Of a stretch of DNA of 27,802 nt, positions 9,796 to 17,666 are shown one piece after another. The DNA lies in IMG/VR virus record IMGVR_UViG_3300020473_000103, positions 1 to 27,802 of that record, one strand, 5' to 3'. Position 1 is the stretch's first letter, and every line of letters begins with the position of its first letter. This DNA comes from a virus. Lineage: Duplodnaviria > Caudoviricetes. A program made the translations under genes and the position numbers. The notes beneath the pieces were generated by a model, which had not been told where the DNA came from, made no database searches, and saw only the letters and a list, made by a program, of their open reading frames with translations.

Positions 9796-10709
9796 TATCC
9801 ACCATTAATAATATACTCTTCATTATCTCCTGGATAGTCTGCTTCTGTCAAGCCCCTATACTCTGGAATGTTCTTAGATGTATCCTTTCTTTCTGCGAAA
9901 ACAATATAAAAACAATCTATAGGTTTATCATCTGGGTCTTTAACAATTACAAACTCATCCGTAAATGATACTACATTAAGATGAAAATGTCTATCTCCAA
10001 TAGGTTGTAATTGTACAGTAATACTGTCCTTATCAACTAAATCTTTCCAATAATCTGGTAATTTAATCTTGTTAGAAGATTTTAATCTTCCTCTAACATA
10101 TACATCTGCTGTTGGACCTTCAACACAAATATATCTTAGACGATGATCTTCTTTTGATGGATGTGGTATATCAAAAGATTTCTTAGCATCCCACATTCTT
10201 GATGATGATGACCAATCTCTACCCTTTATTATAACTCTACCACCTTGAACAGAGGTCAACTTTGCCCCCGTAATAGTTACCATTTTTGCTGCAGCAATAT
10301 GAGTTGAAGCAGCTGCAAGAGAACAACTTTTACCCGCAATTGTAGTAGTTCCAGTAATAGTATTTGTTTTACCAGTAATAGTATTAACTGCACAAGTACT
10401 GGTAAATAATGCTCCAGTACACATATGAGTACCAGTAGTCAAATGCATACCAGTTTGACTATGAGCACCTACAAATTGAGTTACACCCTTAGAAAAAATA
10501 CTAACAGGGTTAGTTACACCTGGTCCAACAGTTAAAGATGCAAAATCTAATCCATTCTGTGCTAAAGATCCAAAATAACCACAATATGCATCCAAATATC
10601 CACCACCAGGACGTAACATAGCAAGTGGTAACTGGATTGCTGATCCAACAAATGAATTAATAACATGAAATACTCCAGCATCTCCTTCTGGAGTTGTAAA
10701 ACCTGACAT
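9795..10709 (-). CDS. Baseplate spike/gp5 C-terminal-like beta-helix protein with a conserved C-terminal tail-fibre (putative chaperone) domain
   Basis: Thr/Gly-rich short repeats, then KSFDIPHP...LRY...EGP...YVRGRL...LPDYW...LVD...ITVQL; located in the gp5 cluster; GGAGG Shine-Dalgarno upstream. Confidence 0.6.
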   Translation of the reverse strand: MSGFTTPEGDAGVFHVINSFVGSAIQLPLAMLRPGGGYLDAYCGYFGSLAQNGLDFASLTVGPGVTNPVSIFSKGVTQFVGAHSQTGMHLTTGTHMCTGALFTSTCAVNTITGKTNTITGTTTIAGKSCSLAAASTHIAAAKMVTITGAKLTSVQGGRVIIKGRDWSSSSRMWDAKKSFDIPHPSKEDHRLRYICVEGPTADVYVRGRLKSSNKIKLPDYWKDLVDKDSITVQLQPIGDRHFHLNVVSFTDEFVIVKDPDDKPIDCFYIVFAERKDTSKNIPEYRGLTEADYPGDNEEYIINGG

Positions 10710-10718
10710 AATTACCTC

Positions 10719-11327
10719 CTATCCACAGCTCTTGCCAATTGCCTCAAATATAGATGCCCAATTACCAGCAGTAAATGCTTTAATAAGGCTTGCAGTATCT
10801 AGTGCACCACCCACTGCCATTTTTCCACCATGAGAAAAATCTCCAGCAAATTGAAATCCTTTTGTTGCAACAGCACACATACTACCACATGCAAATCTAA
10901 TCTCATCATCAGTCTTTAATGTTATTTGTCCATTTCCTATTACATTAACATTACCATGCTTATCACTATCTTTATCAGGAGCAATTGCCTCCATGTATAT
11001 ATTTTTTGCCCTCATCCTAATATTTCCCGATTCAGCAGTTAAAATAATATCTCCATTCTTAGCAACAATTGCTCTTGATATTGCATCATCTTGATCAGGA
11101 TCTATATTCCAACCACTAGTTTCAGTATATGTTCCAGTAACCTGCTCCTCTTTATTACCATTTTTACCCCAAACAACTGTAGAATCTGTTGAGGTAACTA
11201 CAGTAAGATCCCTCATTTGACTATCTTTACTTTCTGGTCCAAGAGGACCACAATGAATCATACAATGTGGATTAGCAGTAACTGTATAATCAGGAGCTTT
11301 ATTATTTGGTTGATTATTTTCTGACAT
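10719..11327 (-). CDS. gp5-associated beta-helix-like baseplate hub protein
   Basis: Repeating short beta strands (IVAKNGDIILTAESGNIRMRAKNIYMEA); synteny. Confidence 0.55.
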   Translation of the reverse strand: MSENNQPNNKAPDYTVTANPHCMIHCGPLGPESKDSQMRDLTVVTSTDSTVVWGKNGNKEEQVTGTYTETSGWNIDPDQDDAISRAIVAKNGDIILTAESGNIRMRAKNIYMEAIAPDKDSDKHGNVNVIGNGQITLKTDDEIRFACGSMCAVATKGFQFAGDFSHGGKMAVGGALDTASLIKAFTAGNWASIFEAIGKSCG

Positions 11328-11334
11328 AATTTAA

Positions 11335-13941
11335 CTAACTAACACAATCGACAACTTGAACTATTTTATTAGGATCTACCGATTGCAATCTATTATCCTT
11401 AGTAAATTCAGATAAAGGAATAAACTTAAGTCTAGTTCTAAAGTCTGCACCAACACCAGTTCTGCTATTTATTCTAACTCTGGGTATTCTGGTAAATCCA
11501 TATCCAGAAGATACTATATCAATATCTACTATCTGACCAGCTTCATTAACTTCTATAGTTGCAGATGCCCCATTACTACCATCTCCATCATCCGTAGCAT
11601 CAGGACCTCCACCACCATTAACAATTTCAACAGTATCACCAGGAGTATATCCAATACCAGTATTAATAATATCAAGTTGATTAATTATAGAAATTGCACT
11701 ACTTCCATCATTCCCAGTTGAAGGGGTTGTTGTTGTAGTATCAGGTGAAGTTATTGTAGTATCAACGTCATCACCAGTTCCCGTATCATCATCATCACCA
11801 TCATCAATTGAAACAATATCATCTGGAGTAGTAGTTGTAGTATCTGGATCAGTATCAGTAGGTATTGGATCTACTCCAACGTCATCAGGAAGTGTTGTAG
11901 GATCTTCATCGTCAGGAAATATAAGTTTTTTATCATTAATTAACTCTATTGTAAGATCAACAGTCTGTGTTTTTTGTTTATTAGTATTCAAACCACTAAA
12001 TCCAGAACCATCACCAATTTGGAAATAATCTGGTGCATTCTCATTTATTACAGTTAAAGTATAAGTTTGTGTTAAAGATGTACTTCCAGTAGGAAACTCT
12101 GTAGATAAGGGTATTACAACACTTAATGAACCATCAGAAGGTAATGAACTAGCACCATCAACATCAAGTGATACAGAAGTTGCATTATTAGTCTGCCACA
12201 TTATATTAACAACATCTCCAGGAGTTGCTAGATATTGAGATAAAGAAAGTGATTCAATTTCTGGTGGATCTGTATTTGGTCCTACAGCATCTGGAACTGA
12301 TCCTTCTTTTTGAACTGTTAATATAAAATCTCTCTCTGTTATTTCATCAGCAGAATCTTGTTTAGTCTTTGTTGCTATTAAAGTAAACATTATTGTAGTT
12401 GTATCAGATCCTGAAGGGAATTGAACCATATCATCAGTAATTGGAATATTTACAGTACCTATAATAGGTAATGCAGTAAATCCTGGTTGATTCTTTAAGG
12501 ATACTAAGTCTGCATTTGCAACATCCCATGATAAAGATACAGTCTGATTAACAACAATTGGATTGGGTGCTCCAACAAAAGAACTTATAACTGGAGCTCC
12601 ACCAGTATAACCATCACTATAATCATCTCCTGGATTAGTTATTACTATATCATCCAATGTTCCATCATCACCAATAAATGCACCTGCAGAAGCATTATTT
12701 CCACATCCAGCAGGGTCGACAATAGAAACAAAAGGTGGAGATGTATAATTTTCACCAGCATTCAATATATTAGTACCAATTACTTGACCAATAGTATTAA
12801 CAACTGCTTGAACAGCTGCTCCTGTTCCACCACCACCAAAAATTATTACTTGAGGTAATCCACACTCGAAAGTTCCTGCATAACATTGACCAGGAGATTG
12901 ACTAAAAGTATGAACCTTACCAGTTGGTGAAGTATATGTTATGTCCTCACCTGTTTCTTCCCCAAAGAAATTATCCATCCAATCATTTGCAGTATCAAGA
13001 ACCCCTTCTGCAAAATCATCAGTAAGAAATTCAAAATTATTCCAGTTAGTTGCTCTTGTATCTTTCTCACCACCCCATATACCAGGAGTAAAATTACTTA
13101 CTGCTGGACAATTTGGAGTCTTACAAAAAAGTCCTTCATAACCCAATATAGCATCTACCGCACTCATTACAGATCCAGTAATCTTAGCAATACCACCTAA
13201 AAGATCATTAATTTGATCAAAAACTGGAGCAAGAGCATTATCAATAGTATTAACTAAATTATTAATCAAAGCATTTGTCCAACTCTCAATAGCACAAAAT
13301 GGTGCATTAGCAACTTGTCCAATAAGAGAATATAAAAAATCTAAAACTAAATCAACTAACCCATCTATAATATTATCAAATACACAGAATATCTGATCTA
13401 ATGCTAATTTAACTATAGATTCCTTTATCTGTTTCAAAAGTGGTGTAAGGAACATTTCTAATATTCCCCGAACAAGCTCTTTAATCTTTTTCAATACCCA
13501 ATTACGAATTCTTTGAACCAAAATCTTTAATATTCCTGCAATTGCTCTCGAAGTTTTAGATACTTGATGCTGTAAATTAGCAACCTTATTAGTTGCCCCA
13601 TTAATATAAAGAGTATTATATTTTTTAACACCCTTCAAAAATATAAAAAGTTTTTGAATCCAAGTGCTAATCTCACCCATAATTCCTTCACCACATTCCT
13701 CAGATCCAATAACAATCTCTTCATTTGCTCTTGCCAAATATGTTCTATAAGAAGCAGAATCCATATATGTAAATGGAGTTATTATCTTCCCACTATCATC
13801 AAACAAATAATCTGGATAACAATCTTTATCAGCATTATAATCCAACCATGTAAAGGTATGATCCGAATTCAAAAATTTTGGATTAACCTCCTCTATCTGG
13901 GTTCCAGTAAATGTTGTAGTACCAATACCTGAATTTGTCAT
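11335..13941 (-). CDS. Baseplate hub protein (body of cyanophage gp5-like protein) with two Ig-like repeats and a D/T/P linker
   Basis: Amphipathic helical region with Cys, CGLPQVIIFGGGGTGA..., GENYTSPPFVSIVD, GIGYTPGD, C-terminal QVVDCVS; ATGA overlap with the upstream OB-fold gene. Confidence 0.7.
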   Translation of the reverse strand: MTNSGIGTTTFTGTQIEEVNPKFLNSDHTFTWLDYNADKDCYPDYLFDDSGKIITPFTYMDSASYRTYLARANEEIVIGSEECGEGIMGEISTWIQKLFIFLKGVKKYNTLYINGATNKVANLQHQVSKTSRAIAGILKILVQRIRNWVLKKIKELVRGILEMFLTPLLKQIKESIVKLALDQIFCVFDNIIDGLVDLVLDFLYSLIGQVANAPFCAIESWTNALINNLVNTIDNALAPVFDQINDLLGGIAKITGSVMSAVDAILGYEGLFCKTPNCPAVSNFTPGIWGGEKDTRATNWNNFEFLTDDFAEGVLDTANDWMDNFFGEETGEDITYTSPTGKVHTFSQSPGQCYAGTFECGLPQVIIFGGGGTGAAVQAVVNTIGQVIGTNILNAGENYTSPPFVSIVDPAGCGNNASAGAFIGDDGTLDDIVITNPGDDYSDGYTGGAPVISSFVGAPNPIVVNQTVSLSWDVANADLVSLKNQPGFTALPIIGTVNIPITDDMVQFPSGSDTTTIMFTLIATKTKQDSADEITERDFILTVQKEGSVPDAVGPNTDPPEIESLSLSQYLATPGDVVNIMWQTNNATSVSLDVDGASSLPSDGSLSVVIPLSTEFPTGSTSLTQTYTLTVINENAPDYFQIGDGSGFSGLNTNKQKTQTVDLTIELINDKKLIFPDDEDPTTLPDDVGVDPIPTDTDPDTTTTTPDDIVSIDDGDDDDTGTGDDVDTTITSPDTTTTTPSTGNDGSSAISIINQLDIINTGIGYTPGDTVEIVNGGGGPDATDDGDGSNGASATIEVNEAGQIVDIDIVSSGYGFTRIPRVRINSRTGVGADFRTRLKFIPLSEFTKDNRLQSVDPNKIVQVVDCVS

Positions 13942-14465
13942 GCTATATTACCCGTATGATAAGTGGGATAAAAATCAGATGCTGGAGGAACATCAATAGA
14001 AAATGTACCAACTGCCTCAGATTGAGGAGCTCCTGACATTTGGAAGTTTTTAACAACTCCATCTGGTCCGCCACCTATTTGAAGTCTAGTTCTCATAAAT
14101 TCCGTACTTTGTAATGCGTTTGATTCTGCTTCAGTAATAAAATATTTAGGATTAGTTCTACCAAGAGAGCCAATTATAAAGCATTGTTCCTTCTCACTAT
14201 TCGAGAAAAACCCAACTACCCATTCACCACCAATAATTCCAGTAGATCCTCTACTTAAAGTTCCTTGTGATGTTGGTTTTAATACAAGAGCCCAACGAAG
14301 TTTATCATCAGGAAGTTGACCACCAAATTTAGAATCTTCCCCAAGAATCCTAACTTGAACTCTATCACCCCATTTAGTTAAATTAGTCTTATTAACAGTT
14401 TGATTTAAAGGAACTTGTCCTATAAACCATGATACACTTCCAAAAATTTGCGATCTATCTTCCAT
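13938..14465 (-). CDS. gp5: gp5 N-terminal OB-fold protein (stand-alone)
   Basis: WFIGQV...RVQVRILG...LPDDKLRWALVLKPT...GEWVVGFF...FIIGSL is the Gp5_OB pattern. Confidence 0.8.
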   Translation of the reverse strand: MEDRSQIFGSVSWFIGQVPLNQTVNKTNLTKWGDRVQVRILGEDSKFGGQLPDDKLRWALVLKPTSQGTLSRGSTGIIGGEWVVGFFSNSEKEQCFIIGSLGRTNPKYFITEAESNALQSTEFMRTRLQIGGGPDGVVKNFQMSGAPQSEAVGTFSIDVPPASDFYPTYHTGNIA

Positions 14466-14467
14466 AT

Positions 14468-15919
14468 CTAAGTATCAACTGTATTATCTTCATCAGAAGA
14501 ACTTGATTCAGCATTATATAGTCCATTAGTATCACGAACTAGTCTCATATGAGTAAGAGATCCAAACGTAGATTCATTTTGAAACTTATGAGATAGATCA
14601 AGAATCAAATACTTTCCACTAATCCTCTCATCCGATGAACCCTCATTTTTATTACCTGAAGTAAGTTTTGGGAAATGGCATCTTATACTTTGTCCTGCTT
14701 TTAAATGTAAATTACATGGAACTACAATATCAACAATATTACTCATTAATAAATTATACCTTATAGAAGATGAAGTCTTCCATTGAGAAGGATCATTATT
14801 TAAAGCAGTACTTATTCCACACGCAGTAACATTTGAACTTGGATTAGCATCATTATTACCTGTATCTAATATTGTAAACGTACTAAAAGTAGCAGAATCA
14901 TTATATGACCATGATGAAAGATCATCTACTGATAAACCTGATATGGAGGGAGCTTGGTTTAGATATTCTGCTGATATACTATTAGATCCTAAAGTAGCAC
15001 TAAAATCATACTCAAGAAGAGGATTAAAAGTTTTCTCACTCATATCAAAGCTATATGGATTAAATTCAACATGCTTAGTTTTAAAAAGACCAAAGTTCTT
15101 TTCAGCACTATTATCACTTCTTTTAATAACACTAGACTTTAATATTCTACAACTAGCATGAACCTTTTCTGCACCAGCAGAAACATCGGATTCAGTATAA
15201 TTATCTACTGGACTATTCCTAATTAAAGAATCTATTGCTCTAAAATTAAATCCAGTCTGGCTTTCCCAGAAGAAATAACCACCAAATGAATCAGACTGAA
15301 CTGGCATAGACCTTACAGCAAGATATTCAGCAATATGAAAAGGACTCCTATTATTTGTTTTAAAATTATGAGAATTCCTAGTATTCTCTAATTTTGATAG
15401 CATACTAGTTGGTACTCCCAACTTATCTCTCAATATTACATAAAGACTATTTCTAATATTACCTTCTTGAGGTTCTGGTATTGATGTTCTTTTATTTTTT
15501 TCTCCAAATTTTGATATTAAATTAAGATGTACAATTGAATTTCTTTCTCCACCTCCATTATTATAATCTTTAAAACTATCAACTATAAAATGTTGATTAT
15601 CTCCACTAAAATCAAGAACTCCAGAAGGATGATTAAGTTTAACTTTAATATCTTCACCTGCAACAAGAGGTAATGTATTAATTACTGTTCCTGTTCTTGT
15701 AGATTCTGGAGTATCATTTTGAGAATCTACCACTCCACCTTGTCCTGAATCAAGATAAGTTAAAGATCCAGTAATATATGGAGACAATAAACTCTCATAA
15801 TATGAAAACTGTATAAAACCTTCCCTTAAATCATGAGCTCTATCTGTATTATTATTCTTAACGTACAGAATATCTAAATTAGGTGGTCTAGTATATGGAT
15901 TTGCTTTTGTTCCTGACAT
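14468..15919 (-). CDS. Baseplate hub protein (gp27-like)
   Basis: YYESLLSPYITG, GYFFWESQTGFNFRAIDSL, VPCNLHLKAGQ, ISGKYLILDLSH...LVRD; immediately upstream of the gp5 OB gene. Confidence 0.65.
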   Translation of the reverse strand: MSGTKANPYTRPPNLDILYVKNNNTDRAHDLREGFIQFSYYESLLSPYITGSLTYLDSGQGGVVDSQNDTPESTRTGTVINTLPLVAGEDIKVKLNHPSGVLDFSGDNQHFIVDSFKDYNNGGGERNSIVHLNLISKFGEKNKRTSIPEPQEGNIRNSLYVILRDKLGVPTSMLSKLENTRNSHNFKTNNRSPFHIAEYLAVRSMPVQSDSFGGYFFWESQTGFNFRAIDSLIRNSPVDNYTESDVSAGAEKVHASCRILKSSVIKRSDNSAEKNFGLFKTKHVEFNPYSFDMSEKTFNPLLEYDFSATLGSNSISAEYLNQAPSISGLSVDDLSSWSYNDSATFSTFTILDTGNNDANPSSNVTACGISTALNNDPSQWKTSSSIRYNLLMSNIVDIVVPCNLHLKAGQSIRCHFPKLTSGNKNEGSSDERISGKYLILDLSHKFQNESTFGSLTHMRLVRDTNGLYNAESSSSDEDNTVDT

Positions 15920-15926
15920 TATATCA

Positions 15927-17666
15927 TCATACCTCTATTGGAATTATTACCTGATCACGAATAGAAATAATAGTTAAATTATCATCCATCTCAGTGGATA
16001 AGACAGGACTTCTTTGAATCTTAGATACATCGTATTGCATAAATTGAGAATTACTAGATTTATTATCAAACAATGATGATTTGCTACTACTATTTAACGG
16101 TAAATTCAAATCCTGTAATCCAAAGAAACCCGTACCACTACCAGTTCTAATAATATTAGCTTCAGAAAGTCTCCTATTTGTTAAATCCCCACTATTATCA
16201 TGAATCAAATTAAGTTGAATTAAATCTGCAATATTACTATAATCATTAGAAGTATAAGCTTTCTTAACCATAACAGGAAGAGAATCTGGAAATTTTCTTC
16301 CATTAAAAACAGTATTGGTTCCAGAGTGAGCACCTTTAAGACTTCCATAATTAAATGCCAAAGACATAAGAACAGAAGAAACATTAACTGGAAGTTTATC
16401 TAATGATATACCAACCTCAGAAAGTTCATCTTCAACTATAACTCTATGTCTATTATAATCATGATCCTTTAATTTATATGCTTGTTCTGTAGTAATAGTA
16501 TCTCCCATTTTAACAGGTCTATCCTTATTCTCTCCAGTAATCCAAGTTGGAAGAGTAGTAGCACCAAATCCAATAGTAGGAATACCTTCAGTATCTTTAT
16601 ATGCATTAAGACTTAATCCTTCATATGCCCCAAGCATTTTCATTGTAGTATTTCTTAAAGAAGAATTATCACTAACAGTTGGTTTCTTAAATGTACCAAG
16701 TAATACCTGTATTATATCTAAAAGAGAATTATTAATATCATGTTGATCATCAATAAGACTACTTTGACTCAATGTATTATCTCTAAATTTCTTATAAGTA
16801 TTAAAAGATTCTCCTCTAGAAGTAAGAGGTGAATTTAGATATCCAGCAGTACCACCCTTATTATATCCTTCTACTTTTGCTTCATTATTATTAACAACTA
16901 ATTTATTATTATTTTCCGATTTATCCTGTTTATTATTATTTGTATCTTGACCAATACTAACAGTAACTTCTTCTCTAACTTGCTTTGCAGTACCTTCAGA
17001 AAGTTCTATCCCTTTACCGACTTGATTTTCACCCTCCTTAGAAGCTTCTTTAGCAGCTTCTTTAGATATTTTCTCATTAGATTTTTTATTTTCTAGCATC
17101 TCCTCCTCTTTTCCTGATGCTATTTCCTTAAGTCCCTCTATATCCTTTTCTATTCTAGATAATCCTTTATCACCTTCTCTAATATCTTTAAGTTTTTCTG
17201 AAAGATTCTTTTTATCATCCTCTAATTTATCCTTATTAAATGGAGATGTCTCAAAGAAAGAAACAAATCTAATTATTGCATCACTAACATTTTTAAAGAA
17301 ACTCTGTATAGATTCAATAGTATCTTCATTATCTGCAAAAAACTTCTTCACACCTTCAATCAATTCAGGAAGTTTATCTAATAATACAGCAGCAGAGATA
17401 AGACCAAAAAATTCCATAATCTTACTAAACATACTCTTAGATTTACCAGCAACCTTCTTTTTAGTCTTACCTAAATTTGAAAGAAATCCTTTCCTTATAC
17501 CTTCAATAAATCCTTCCTTTTTTTCTTTTTTCTTATCATTATTAATTCTTCTTAAAAGAGTATTTTCATTTTTTCTAAGTTTTATTAATTTCTTATTGTT
17601 ATTAAATAATGTACTTCTAATACTCTCAGCATTAATTTTTAATTTTTTAACCTCTTTTGTTCTCAT
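15927..17666 (-). CDS. Tape-measure-like coiled-coil tail protein with a GH24 (T4-type) lysozyme domain
   Basis: Lys/Glu-rich helical N-terminus; EGLSLNAYKDTEGIPTIGFG has the E-x8-D-x5-T catalytic spacing; AFNYG; LTNRRLSEA. Confidence 0.8.
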   Translation of the reverse strand: MRTKEVKKLKINAESIRSTLFNNNKKLIKLRKNENTLLRRINNDKKKEKKEGFIEGIRKGFLSNLGKTKKKVAGKSKSMFSKIMEFFGLISAAVLLDKLPELIEGVKKFFADNEDTIESIQSFFKNVSDAIIRFVSFFETSPFNKDKLEDDKKNLSEKLKDIREGDKGLSRIEKDIEGLKEIASGKEEEMLENKKSNEKISKEAAKEASKEGENQVGKGIELSEGTAKQVREEVTVSIGQDTNNNKQDKSENNNKLVVNNNEAKVEGYNKGGTAGYLNSPLTSRGESFNTYKKFRDNTLSQSSLIDDQHDINNSLLDIIQVLLGTFKKPTVSDNSSLRNTTMKMLGAYEGLSLNAYKDTEGIPTIGFGATTLPTWITGENKDRPVKMGDTITTEQAYKLKDHDYNRHRVIVEDELSEVGISLDKLPVNVSSVLMSLAFNYGSLKGAHSGTNTVFNGRKFPDSLPVMVKKAYTSNDYSNIADLIQLNLIHDNSGDLTNRRLSEANIIRTGSGTGFFGLQDLNLPLNSSSKSSLFDNKSSNSQFMQYDVSKIQRSPVLSTEMDDNLTIISIRDQVIIPIEV

